A stretch of DNA of 64,000 nt from positions 186,456-250,455 of the forward strand of contig JBFWMA010000001.1 in NCBI GenBank assembly GCA_050251875.1, given 5' to 3'. The translations under genes were made by a program, and so were the position numbers. The stretch comes from Deferribacterales bacterium (lineage in GTDB: Bacteria > Chrysiogenota > Deferribacteres > Deferribacterales > Geovibrionaceae). The notes below the pieces were generated by a model. That model searched no databases. It had not been told where the DNA came from and saw only the letters and a program-made list of their open reading frames with translations. This document shows positions 49,976 to 59,884 of the stretch, piece by piece (within the stretch, counting starts at the first letter, position 1; every line of letters starts with the position of its first letter).

Positions 49976-51440
49976 TCATAATGATTCATACATTTACGAA
50001 ATTGTAAGGACGGCTTTTGAGAGGAGCTTTACCGTTTCTCAGATGACGGATGGCGACAAAGCGTCCGTGTACGTTGTCATAAACCCTGACAGCCCTGATG
50101 CTATCAGAATACATATGGAGATGGGGCATAAGGTCATTGTATTTGGCAGGCCGGACGAGCGCACTGCGGAATATATGGGGATTACACTGCTTCCATACGA
50201 AAATATAACCGGCAGAGGAGCGTGCGCTTCCGCAGTCACCGCCGCCGCTTCAGAGAGCAGAGAGGAGATAGCCTATAATAAGAAGTCGCCTCTGGCTCAG
50301 GCGTATCCTTTCAGTTCCAGACCCTTCTGCCGTTTTGACTTTACAGACGAGTGGAATAACATGGGCTACGGCAGGATTACTCTGGATGGTTTAGAATGGG
50401 CAGTATCCTGTGCAGCAGTCTGCGAGGATGCTTTCGCGTCATTTAGTCTTGACGGCATCTGGTATGCCTTCGCCCTACTGAAAGATACCGAAAAAGGGTC
50501 ACTGCTGTGGGTGAACAGGGCAGTGGGATGGTGCGACTCAGTCGAGTGGAACATAATAGAATATTTTATAAGCGCATACAGATATAAAGACATAGCTACA
50601 CTGCCTTACCTGTTGGATATTCCCGCAGGATGCGCGTCAGCCGTCACCATGAGGCTGGACTGCGACGAGCATATACTCAGCTCAAAAAGGCTTTTCGAGC
50701 TGTACAGAGAGAGAAATATTCCGTTCACACTGGCAGTAAAAACATCTCTGGAGCTTAACGGAGAGGTCAGGCAATATTTTGATGATATACTTGCGGCAGG
50801 GGGGGCTATCCTGTCTCATTCCATAAATCATAAATGCGATTGGGGCTCCGATTTCAGAGACGCCGTATATGAAGGCGCTGTCTCCAGAACTGTTCTTGAG
50901 CGATTTCTCGGCATGCCTGTTAATTTTGCCGTATCGCCGTTTCATCAGAATTCCCCAAAGGCTGTCTGCGCTGTCAAGAATGCCGGCTACAGAGGCTTTA
51001 TAGGCGGTATAATCCACAATGATCCCGAATATCTGCTGTCCAGAGGCGGGGCTGTACCTTTTGTAGACGGTATAGCGTCACACAGCCAGCAGTGCATGCT
51101 CCACGGGGACTGTCCCCAGAATGACGCCGAAGACGAACTTTACATCTATAAAAACTCATATAACTCAGCCAGACAGACATCAGCTTTTTTTGGATATCTT
51201 GATCATCCTCAGTCTGCATATGACTACGGCTGGAAGAGTTTTGACAGACAATGTAATGCCCATATGGACTATCTGGATTTTCTTCAGGCTTCAGAGGCGT
51301 CTTTTTTCAGCGCAGCTCAGTGTCTGGAGTTCATGTGCGGTAAAAAACTACTTTCCGTCCGTGACGGCGTGTTATCTATGAACGGTGAAAACTCTTTCGG
51401 ATATACATTTTCCGAAGGCGGCAGGATGATAAATGTCTGA
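49956..51440 (+). CDS. Polysaccharide deacetylase-like (CE4/NodB fold) protein with uncharacterised N-domain
   Basis: RLDCDE and SHSINH metal motifs; start at ATG 49956 after GGGAG. Confidence 0.7.
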   Translation: MIQIKYDHNDSYIYEIVRTAFERSFTVSQMTDGDKASVYVVINPDSPDAIRIHMEMGHKVIVFGRPDERTAEYMGITLLPYENITGRGACASAVTAAASESREEIAYNKKSPLAQAYPFSSRPFCRFDFTDEWNNMGYGRITLDGLEWAVSCAAVCEDAFASFSLDGIWYAFALLKDTEKGSLLWVNRAVGWCDSVEWNIIEYFISAYRYKDIATLPYLLDIPAGCASAVTMRLDCDEHILSSKRLFELYRERNIPFTLAVKTSLELNGEVRQYFDDILAAGGAILSHSINHKCDWGSDFRDAVYEGAVSRTVLERFLGMPVNFAVSPFHQNSPKAVCAVKNAGYRGFIGGIIHNDPEYLLSRGGAVPFVDGIASHSQQCMLHGDCPQNDAEDELYIYKNSYNSARQTSAFFGYLDHPQSAYDYGWKSFDRQCNAHMDYLDFLQASEASFFSAAQCLEFMCGKKLLSVRDGVLSMNGENSFGYTFSEGGRMINV

Positions 51441-52593
51441 ACCTAAATGTTTTGTACTGTTCTCAACCGCCGACTGGGGGCATAAATATCTTACAAACAA
51501 ACAGCATGTGACAATGTCTCTGGCAGACAGGGGCTACAGGGTTATGTATGTTGAGTCCATAGGTATAAGACAGCCGGGTATAAACGCTCAGGATATATCG
51601 CGTATATTCAAGAGGCTTATAAAAGGCCTGCTGCCTGTAAAAAAGGTCAGGAACAACGTGTGGGTATATTCTCCGTTGACTATTCCTTTTAAGCATCATA
51701 TGAAAATAGTAAAAAAAATAAATAATTTCATACTTTCATCAGTGATAAAGACCGCAATGTTCTTTTTAGGGTTTAGAGATGCGTGTGTATGGACGTACCA
51801 TCCGCTTATTAATGACGTATTGAAAAATCTGAGGTACAGCAAGCTGGTGTATCACAGTGTGGATGATCTGACGGCAGTTCCAGGGATAGATAAGGAACTT
51901 ATCAGACGGAACGAAGATATCCTTCTCGGCTCGGCGGACCATGTGTTTGTTACCAGCCGCAATTTGGAGAAGATGTACTCTGAAAAATATCCAGACAAAG
52001 TGCATTATTTTTCAAATGTTGCGGATATTGAGATGTTTTCTAAGGCCAGAAGCGCTCTGAAAAGACCTGAGGACATGCCTGACGGCGTGAATATAATGTA
52101 TATCGGAGTTCTGACCGACTTTAAGCTGGATTTCCGGCTCGTATATGAGATCGCTATCGCAAAGCCTGACTGGAACTGGATCTTCATCGGTGAAGAGCGG
52201 GAAGGGCAGAACAATGAGTATATTAAGAAAATGGCAGATATGCCAAATGTATATTATCTCGGTTACCGCCCTTACACAGAACTTCCGTATTATCTTAAAT
52301 ATGCGGATGTTGCTGTGCTGCCGAGCCTTATCAACGACTATACTGTCAGCATGTTTCCTATGAAGTTTTTTGAATATCTGGCCGCCGGAAAGCCTGTGGT
52401 GGGGACAAAACTGCCCGCTCTGAAAGAGTTCACACATATGTATTCCGCCGCAGAGGGATCAGATGAATTCGTTTCGATGATTAGTGAAATAGTTGACATG
52501 AAAAGGGATAAAACGGTTGACTTAAAGGATATAGAGATGTATTCATACAATGGTCGAATAGAGAAAATGTTGAAAATATTGCAGAATTTTTGA
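51433..52593 (+). CDS. GT4-like glycosyltransferase (TuaH-like)
   Basis: YHSVDD, FPMKFFEYLAAGKPVV. Confidence 0.88.
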   Translation: MSEPKCFVLFSTADWGHKYLTNKQHVTMSLADRGYRVMYVESIGIRQPGINAQDISRIFKRLIKGLLPVKKVRNNVWVYSPLTIPFKHHMKIVKKINNFILSSVIKTAMFFLGFRDACVWTYHPLINDVLKNLRYSKLVYHSVDDLTAVPGIDKELIRRNEDILLGSADHVFVTSRNLEKMYSEKYPDKVHYFSNVADIEMFSKARSALKRPEDMPDGVNIMYIGVLTDFKLDFRLVYEIAIAKPDWNWIFIGEEREGQNNEYIKKMADMPNVYYLGYRPYTELPYYLKYADVAVLPSLINDYTVSMFPMKFFEYLAAGKPVVGTKLPALKEFTHMYSAAEGSDEFVSMISEIVDMKRDKTVDLKDIEMYSYNGRIEKMLKILQNF

Positions 52594-52609
52594 ATTATAT
52601 ACGGGAAGA

Positions 52610-53374
52610 ATGATGAAAATCAGGCAAAATTTAGATATTTTAGGCGTATTAGCAAGAAAAGAGATAAAAACAAGATATAAGAACAGTGTGTTTGGTTATT
52701 TTTGGTCACTGGCGAATCCTGTGGCATTTACTCTGATATTTTATTTCGCATTTGAAGTGGTATTTAAAGCTGGGGTTCCTAAATTCATACTGTTCCTTAT
52801 GACCGGTCTTTTTTCATGGCAATGGACGGCAAACTATGTGTCAAGTTCTACGAAGCTGTTTGTCATGAATACGAGTCTGATAAAGAAAGTTAATTTCCCC
52901 AGATATCTGATCCCCCTATCGGTGAACATACAGGATGCGTTTCATTTTCTGCTTACGATTCCGATACTTTTTGTGATCATGTATTACTATCATATAGACT
53001 TTAAGATGAATCTCATTGCCGGGGTGCCTCTTATTTTTATTTCTCAGTTTATCATGCTGTACGGCATAGGGCTTTTTCTGGCCTGTATAAATATATTTTT
53101 CAGAGATATAGAGCATTTGACGATTATCATTATGAATATGGTTTTCTACGCTACGCCGGTTCTGTATCCGATGCAAAAACTTCCTGATGCTTTTAGACCT
53201 TTTGTTTACTGCAATATTTTTGCTCCTACAGTTCTTGCCTGGAGATCACTCCTGCTTGAGGGGCATTTCAGCCTGACATATATCGGCCTTTCCTATATTT
53301 ATGCCGGTTTAGCATTGCTGCTCGGCACATACACCTACAAAAAACTGGTTTGGAAAATTCCGGAGTTGATCTGA
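52610..53374 (+). CDS. wzm: Polysaccharide ABC exporter permease
   Basis: RYKNSVFGYFWSLANP, LIKKVNFP, FRDIEH, FYATPVLYP. Confidence 0.93.
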   Translation: MMKIRQNLDILGVLARKEIKTRYKNSVFGYFWSLANPVAFTLIFYFAFEVVFKAGVPKFILFLMTGLFSWQWTANYVSSSTKLFVMNTSLIKKVNFPRYLIPLSVNIQDAFHFLLTIPILFVIMYYYHIDFKMNLIAGVPLIFISQFIMLYGIGLFLACINIFFRDIEHLTIIIMNMVFYATPVLYPMQKLPDAFRPFVYCNIFAPTVLAWRSLLLEGHFSLTYIGLSYIYAGLALLLGTYTYKKLVWKIPELI

Positions 53375-54117
53375 TGAGCGATACCATAGTTAAATTTGAT
53401 AATGTAAGCAAATATTATGATATGCACCTTACTGATTCCGGCGGAATCAAGAACTATCTTCTTAATCTTGGCAAAAGAAAGCAGAGAAAAGAGAAGAACA
53501 GGAAAGTTGTTTTTGAAAACCTGTCCTTTGAAATAAAAAGAGGAGAGCTGGTTGCGTTCATAGGCAGAAACGGCGCCGGGAAGAGTACTCTGCTCAGTCT
53601 TATTTCCCAGGTGATCAGGCCGGATTCTGGAACTATAGAGGTGAACTCAAGGATATCTTCCATGCTGGAACTTGGAGCAGGTTTTCACCCGGACCTGACA
53701 GGCATAGAGAATATTGAGCTTTACGGTATTCTTATGGGTTTTACCAAAAAAGAGATACACCAGAAGATGGACAGCATAATAGAATTTGCCGAACTTAAAG
53801 AATATATATATTCCCCTGTCAGATACTATTCCAGCGGGATGCAGGCCAGACTGGGTTTTTCCGTTATATCACAGCTGCATCCTGAGACCATAATAGTTGA
53901 TGAGGTCCTTGCTGTCGGCGATTTCAAATTCAGAACCAAATGTAATAATGTATTTCAGAAATTCAGAGACGAAGGGATCACAATTATCCTTGTTTCCCAT
54001 AGCGGAGTGGACGTAAAAGAATTCTGTACAAGAGCCATATGGCTGGATTCAGGTAAAATATGCTATGACGGCTTGCCGGAAGAAGCATTGGAAGCCTATG
54101 AAGAAAAATATACCTGA
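53374..54117 (+). CDS. wzt: Polysaccharide ABC exporter ATPase, no C-terminal CBM
   Basis: GRNGAGKST, YSSGMQARL, DEVLAVGD; TGATG coupling to wzm. Confidence 0.94.
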   Translation: MSDTIVKFDNVSKYYDMHLTDSGGIKNYLLNLGKRKQRKEKNRKVVFENLSFEIKRGELVAFIGRNGAGKSTLLSLISQVIRPDSGTIEVNSRISSMLELGAGFHPDLTGIENIELYGILMGFTKKEIHQKMDSIIEFAELKEYIYSPVRYYSSGMQARLGFSVISQLHPETIIVDEVLAVGDFKFRTKCNNVFQKFRDEGITIILVSHSGVDVKEFCTRAIWLDSGKICYDGLPEEALEAYEEKYT

Positions 54118-55105
54118 TATGAGCAGACGGCTCAGCGCCGCATTCAACACATATCCTATGGCTTTTAATACTCCCGGCGGCGGAGAGATACAGCTGTTGG
54201 CATATAAAAAGCATCTCGGCGGACTGAATGTCGAGGTCGATCTTTTTAATCTGTGGGAACCGGAATTTAATAAGTATGATCTGATGCACTTCTTTTCCTG
54301 TATAGGCGGTTCATATCATTTTTGCAGTTTTGTCAGACAGCTTGGCATTCCTCTGGTCATAACATCAAGCCTTTGGATAACCCGTAGCAACAAACACAAC
54401 TATGCTTTGGAAGAGATAAGAGCTCAGCTTAATCTGGCGGACAGGATAGTCACCAATTCGGATATGGAATCCGATACGCTGGCTGACGTCCTTGATCTTC
54501 CCAGAGAGAGGTTTTCAAAAGTATATAACGGTGTAGAGGATATATTTTATGACGGAAGAATTTCTGGGGATGTCTTCAGAAGTCATTTTGGCGTAGGATA
54601 CAGATTTGTGCTGAATGTGGGGAACATAGAGCCCAGAAAGAATCAGCTGACGCTGGCTAAGGCCGTTAAGCAAGTTCCTCAACTTAAGCTGATAATGATT
54701 GGCCACGTCAGAGATAAAGAATACATGGAACAGGTATTGAAAGAGGGCGGGGATAGCGCTGTTTATCTGGGGGCTTTGCCCAATGACAGCCGTCTGCTGA
54801 GATCAGCATACGCGGCGTGTGATGTATTCTGTCTGCCCAGCACCCTTGAAACACCGGGACTGGCGGCTTTGGAAGCGTATGCCAGCGGAGCGAAGATAGT
54901 TCTGACATCAGAAGGTTCCACTAAGGAATATTTTTGTGATGATGTCGAATATGTTGTTCATGATGATGTCAATTCTGTAAGGGATGCTATAATTAAAACA
55001 GCTGAACAGCCTCTTGCGGCTGATAAAAGATTAATAGATTTTAGGTGGTCTAACGCGTTAAAAGATCTTAGAAAAATATATAACGAAGTAGTGCGAGGAA
55101 GTTAA
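54098..55105 (+). CDS. GT4 glycosyltransferase
   Basis: PGGGE, GNIEPRKNQ, ETPGLAALEA; start 54098 or 54119. Confidence 0.88.
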   Translation: MKKNIPDMSRRLSAAFNTYPMAFNTPGGGEIQLLAYKKHLGGLNVEVDLFNLWEPEFNKYDLMHFFSCIGGSYHFCSFVRQLGIPLVITSSLWITRSNKHNYALEEIRAQLNLADRIVTNSDMESDTLADVLDLPRERFSKVYNGVEDIFYDGRISGDVFRSHFGVGYRFVLNVGNIEPRKNQLTLAKAVKQVPQLKLIMIGHVRDKEYMEQVLKEGGDSAVYLGALPNDSRLLRSAYAACDVFCLPSTLETPGLAALEAYASGAKIVLTSEGSTKEYFCDDVEYVVHDDVNSVRDAIIKTAEQPLAADKRLIDFRWSNALKDLRKIYNEVVRGS

Positions 55106-56302
55106 ATGAGTAAGTTTGTTTTCCATACAATTGTTGCCAAAAACTATTTTGGATATGCCAGAGCCTGGGCAAAAAATGTTAAGAAAGTTTATCCCGATTC
55201 TCCGGTATATATATTTGTCGCCGATGAGTTTGAGGGGCTTATTAATCCGGCCGAGGAGTCAGTTCCTGTTATTCAGTGCTGCGATATAGGCATGGAGGAT
55301 TTCGACTACATGAAATTCATCTATGAGGTGACAGAGTTCGCTACCAGTGTTAAGCCCTTCTGCATATCGTGGCTTTACGACAAGCATCCAGGACACGTTG
55401 TTGTCTATATGGACAGCGATACTTTTGTGCTGACTAAAATGGCAGAACTGGAAGAACATTTTGATAAAGGCGCTGACGCTGTGTTCACTCCCCACATATG
55501 TGAGCCTCTTGATGATGGTTTTTGGCCTTCTGAATACTCTTTTCTTACTGCCGGTATCTACAATATGGGATTCGGAGCGTTTGCGGATAAGCCGGAAGTG
55601 AGAAAATTCATTAAATGGTGGGAAAGTAAGCTGGCTCAGCATTGTGTATGGGCTCTGGATAAGGGTATTCACGTTGACCAGAAATGGATGGATTACGCCA
55701 CCGCTTTTCTTGAGCACGCCAAAGTTCTCAGACACCCGGGATATAATATAGCCTACTGGAATCTGCCGCACCGCAATATTGAGCTTAAAGACGGGGAATG
55801 GCTTTCCAACAGTCTTCCCGTGAGGTTTGTTCATGTAAGCGGAAATGATCTGAGAGACAAAAATAATCTTTCCAAACATCAGAACAGATATACCAGAGCG
55901 GATCTAAAAGATATCAATCAGCTTATTGAAGTATATCAGAAAAATGCTATAGAGGCAGGTCAGCTTGAGACCATCACATGGCCTTATACATTCTTTAAAG
56001 GGAGATATTTTGAAAATATTCCTTTTTACCTCAGGATGTATTTCAGAGAAAGAAACGACAGGTTCTCTATGCGTGGAAAAGATGTAGAAGCCTATGCGTA
56101 CGAGTATTTTATGGGCAAAGATGATTCTCTGGAGGATTTCGGACTGGATGGAATGAACCGTATGGCGCTGGCATATTATTCTGTCAGGGAAGATCTGAAG
56201 ACTGCTTTCGATCTTACTACAATGCAAGGTCAGGAGAAATATCTCGCATGGCTGAAATCAAACGATATTGACCTATTCTATATATCCGGAGACAGAAAGT
56301 GA
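55106..56302 (+). CDS. GT-A fold glycosyltransferase-like protein (GT8-like) with C-terminal repeat module
   Basis: YMDSD (DxD), GIYNMGF, DQKWMD, GYNIAYWNL, FVHVSG. Confidence 0.72.
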   Translation: MSKFVFHTIVAKNYFGYARAWAKNVKKVYPDSPVYIFVADEFEGLINPAEESVPVIQCCDIGMEDFDYMKFIYEVTEFATSVKPFCISWLYDKHPGHVVVYMDSDTFVLTKMAELEEHFDKGADAVFTPHICEPLDDGFWPSEYSFLTAGIYNMGFGAFADKPEVRKFIKWWESKLAQHCVWALDKGIHVDQKWMDYATAFLEHAKVLRHPGYNIAYWNLPHRNIELKDGEWLSNSLPVRFVHVSGNDLRDKNNLSKHQNRYTRADLKDINQLIEVYQKNAIEAGQLETITWPYTFFKGRYFENIPFYLRMYFRERNDRFSMRGKDVEAYAYEYFMGKDDSLEDFGLDGMNRMALAYYSVREDLKTAFDLTTMQGQEKYLAWLKSNDIDLFYISGDRK

Positions 56303-58749
56303 CGACAGACCATGCCGGGGACTGGAAATATTCTGATTCACTGCTTGTGGGTGACGCATACAAACATCTTATAACAAAAGAGATGGCTGCTTTATGGCTT
56401 ACATCTCCGACGGATCTTGCCTCTGAATTTCCTATTGATACCGCGGAAGGTAAAGTTCTGCTTATCGCTTACTGTTTTTTCTGTAAAAAAGAACTGTTAC
56501 GGTCGGAAGAAGTCTATAAGACAGTTTACGACATCATTTTTAATAATCATTATAATGGCGATGCAAGTGTGTTGAGAGATTTTGACAGGCTTGTTCCGGT
56601 TTTGAATGATACTCATTCGGAAATAGCTGATGTTATAAGGCCTTTTATTTTTTACAGGATGTTCAGACCAGATATCAGACAGAATTTTGATATATCCGTA
56701 CTGACAGGCGCCTGTAAAGGGGTTTTATGGTTCATAATTGAGATCATTCAGCACGGAGAAGGTTTTTTTGATTACCTCGACAGGCTGAACAGTCCTGTTT
56801 CAGATCAATACCAGACAACTCATATTAAAATATCCAGACTGATATATATTTTTTTCATGTCGCAAAAGGACACAATCACTGTTTATGATATTAACACGCA
56901 TGAGAGCAGACAGAATCTGTTGAGAATCTGGATGGATGCGAGAGACAGGATTCTGTCCGGGCTTCATTGTTCAGATGATAAATGGCTGGATGACGCTTAT
57001 TCCATTTCCGGCGACTGCAAAATACTGACCAACGTAATGCTGTTTATGCATCAGCTTAGAGCAGATCTTAGTGAAGCCTTTGACCTGAATGATAAAAAAC
57101 AGCTGTACGGCTACGTCTGCTGGCTGCTTGGAAGCAGTATAATAAGTGAGACGCCTTTTATCAAAGAGCATGCGCTCTGGTATAAACAGATGATGTCTGA
57201 GAAGTATGACCAGATTGAGATGAAAACTCCGGTCAGCATCACTTTCGGCATGTATGTTTTTTTTGAATGTCATCCGGAGCTTTTTGAAAATAAAGATATA
57301 AATTCGGTAAAATGTCAGATTGAACTGATCGACAGATGGCTGACTGAGAGAAAATCAATCAGTATCTTAAAGTTAGCTGATCATAAAAGCTGGTTCGATG
57401 GCCTTTCTGAGTATCCTTATGAAAAATCTGATTTTAACGCGTTCATGTATTTTCTGATGATGAAAATCAAAGACGTTGATGATGTAAATAACCTGACAGA
57501 CGCAGATATGGTTTCATTTGCGGCATGGCTCAAGCTCAACAAAGAAGACGTGCTGAAAATATACATGATATCCGGAGAGAACGGAGATATAGCGTCTGCT
57601 CTTGACTATGCGGCAGAGTATGCGGGTAAATTCTGCAAAGGAATTAATCTTATAGGTATGGCAACGGCTGACATGGGCATAGGCGAGGACCTGAGAATGA
57701 CAGCGGAGGCTCTCGTAAATGCCGGAATGCCTTTTAATATTTATGAGTTTCCAAAGGATATGCATTGTTCTTTTACAAGTACATCCCACTCTCAGTATAT
57801 CAATAACAGAATAAGTTACGCTGTAAATATATTTTGTCTGCCTGCGTCGTCAATAATCAAAGCGTATTTTCATGATTCAGGAATTTTTGAAGGCAGATAT
57901 AATATAGCCTATACACAGTGGGAGTTTGATGATCTGCCTATGGTCATTGGCGAATCTTTTGTAGAAATCATTGATGAGGTCTGGGGAATATCTTCTTTTG
58001 TTGCGCAGGCATTTTCTAAAGCGACAGACAAGCCGGTGATGGCCATGAAATCAAGTTTATATATTGAGAATAATAAAGAGTATAAAAGGTCGCATTTTAA
58101 ACTGCCTGAGGATAAATTTTTATTTATCTTTACTTTTGACGGCAATTCCAACCTTAACAGAAAAAATCCTCTTGCCTGCGTAGACGCTTTCCTATCGGCT
58201 TTCGGCGGCACCGATGCTAATGTCGGGCTGGTTATCAAGTGTATGAACACGTCCAATGTTAGCGACTGGCAGCAGTACGCTGAAAAAATAAAAAGCAGCG
58301 GCAATATATATCTGATAGAAGAAAACCTTCCTAAGAATGAGGTTATGGAACTTGTAAGATCTTGTGACGCGTTTGTTTCTCTGCACCGTTCCGAGGGGTT
58401 CGGCAGAGGCATAGCGGAGGCTATGCTGATGGACAAGGCCGTAGTTGTTACAGGGTATTCCGGTAATATGGATTTCACGCTGGATGACACTGCTTTTCTG
58501 GTAAGCGGAAAACTTGAAAAGGTGAAGAAGGGCCAGTATCTCTTCGCAGAGGGCTGTATGTGGATGACGGCGTCAGTGGCTGATGCCGCCGACAAAATGA
58601 AAGAGTGCTACTATAACACGCCGCTGAGAGAGGCCAAGATAAAGAACGCCAGAGCGCTGATAGAGACCAATCATTCCACATATGCGCAGGGCAGAGCTTT
58701 GACAGAGAGAATCAATACGATTTTTGACGAATATATATGGGAGAACTGA
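56299..58749 (+). CDS. GT4 glycosyltransferase with N-terminal tandem helical repeats
   Basis: C-terminal GINLIG, RKNP, SLHRSEGFG..AEAM; about 6 repeats in residues ~25-415. Confidence 0.85.
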   Translation: MTTDHAGDWKYSDSLLVGDAYKHLITKEMAALWLTSPTDLASEFPIDTAEGKVLLIAYCFFCKKELLRSEEVYKTVYDIIFNNHYNGDASVLRDFDRLVPVLNDTHSEIADVIRPFIFYRMFRPDIRQNFDISVLTGACKGVLWFIIEIIQHGEGFFDYLDRLNSPVSDQYQTTHIKISRLIYIFFMSQKDTITVYDINTHESRQNLLRIWMDARDRILSGLHCSDDKWLDDAYSISGDCKILTNVMLFMHQLRADLSEAFDLNDKKQLYGYVCWLLGSSIISETPFIKEHALWYKQMMSEKYDQIEMKTPVSITFGMYVFFECHPELFENKDINSVKCQIELIDRWLTERKSISILKLADHKSWFDGLSEYPYEKSDFNAFMYFLMMKIKDVDDVNNLTDADMVSFAAWLKLNKEDVLKIYMISGENGDIASALDYAAEYAGKFCKGINLIGMATADMGIGEDLRMTAEALVNAGMPFNIYEFPKDMHCSFTSTSHSQYINNRISYAVNIFCLPASSIIKAYFHDSGIFEGRYNIAYTQWEFDDLPMVIGESFVEIIDEVWGISSFVAQAFSKATDKPVMAMKSSLYIENNKEYKRSHFKLPEDKFLFIFTFDGNSNLNRKNPLACVDAFLSAFGGTDANVGLVIKCMNTSNVSDWQQYAEKIKSSGNIYLIEENLPKNEVMELVRSCDAFVSLHRSEGFGRGIAEAMLMDKAVVVTGYSGNMDFTLDDTAFLVSGKLEKVKKGQYLFAEGCMWMTASVADAADKMKECYYNTPLREAKIKNARALIETNHSTYAQGRALTERINTIFDEYIWEN

Positions 58750-59883
58750 ATGAGCAACACAGGTTACGGAAAGGACGGCATCAATGTTTTTGGATATATT
58801 AAGGCCAATATGGGGATGGGGCAGGCCGTCAGACAGAATATAATCGCTCTGCATAAGGTAGGAGTAAAAACAACAGTACACGATGTCACTACCAACGGTC
58901 TTCATGTTGAGACAGATACTCTTCTTGATGGGTATATTACTGATGAATTAAAGTATTTTTATAACTATATTCACATAAACGCCGATGAGACAGTGGATCT
59001 GGACACTAAGGTCACCAAAGCCCAGAGAGAAAACAGGTATAATATAGGCTACTGGGGTTGGGAACTTTCAGTTTTCCCGGATATGTGGCTGAAAGCCTTC
59101 GATCATCTGGATGAAGTATGGGTTTACTCAAAATTTATTCAGGAGGCCGTAGCGGCAAAAACAGACAAACCTGTGGTTGTGGTGCCTATAGCTGTTCCGC
59201 CGGTGACAGGTGAGCTTTTTGACAGGGAGTATTTTGGCATACCTAAAGATAAAACATGCTTTCTGATCACATTTGACCTGCATTCACTCTTTGCCAGAAA
59301 AAATCCTCTTGGAGCTATTGATGCATTCCGCAGAGCCTTCAGCGAGAAGGACAACGCTCTGCTGGTGATCAAACTGCACTCAGGCCGCCATGATTTTACT
59401 AATGAACGCAAGATGCTTTATGATAATATTAAAAATGACCCTAAGATATTCATCATAGATAAGGTGCTGACCAGACAGGAGCAGGACAGTCTTCAGAACT
59501 GTATAGACTGCTACATCTCTCTGCACCGTTCCGAGGGATTCGGGCTTAATATCGCTGAGTGTATGGCGCTGGGCAAGCCGGTTATCGCAACCGATTATTC
59601 CGGCAATACAGACTTTATGTCTTCTGACGAAGCATTCGCTGTGCCCTATACTATGACTGATGTAAAAGAGAATGAATACCCCTGCTGGCAGGGTCAGCAC
59701 TGGGCAGAACCTGATCTCGGTGCTGCCGCGGAATATATGAGAAAGATATATCGCGACCCTGAGTATGCCGCGGAGATCGGCAGAAAGGCCAGAGCGAGGA
59801 TTCTGAAAGAACTCTCATATGAGGCTGTCGGAAAAGTAATGAAGGACAGGCTGGATCAGCTTAATACACTGCTTGGAAAATAA
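58750..59883 (+). CDS. GT4 glycosyltransferase (paralogue of the preceding C-domain)
   Basis: GINVFG, RKNP, SLHRSEGFGLNIAECM, YSGNTDF. Confidence 0.9.
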   Translation: MSNTGYGKDGINVFGYIKANMGMGQAVRQNIIALHKVGVKTTVHDVTTNGLHVETDTLLDGYITDELKYFYNYIHINADETVDLDTKVTKAQRENRYNIGYWGWELSVFPDMWLKAFDHLDEVWVYSKFIQEAVAAKTDKPVVVVPIAVPPVTGELFDREYFGIPKDKTCFLITFDLHSLFARKNPLGAIDAFRRAFSEKDNALLVIKLHSGRHDFTNERKMLYDNIKNDPKIFIIDKVLTRQEQDSLQNCIDCYISLHRSEGFGLNIAECMALGKPVIATDYSGNTDFMSSDEAFAVPYTMTDVKENEYPCWQGQHWAEPDLGAAAEYMRKIYRDPEYAAEIGRKARARILKELSYEAVGKVMKDRLDQLNTLLGK

Positions 59884-59884
59884 A

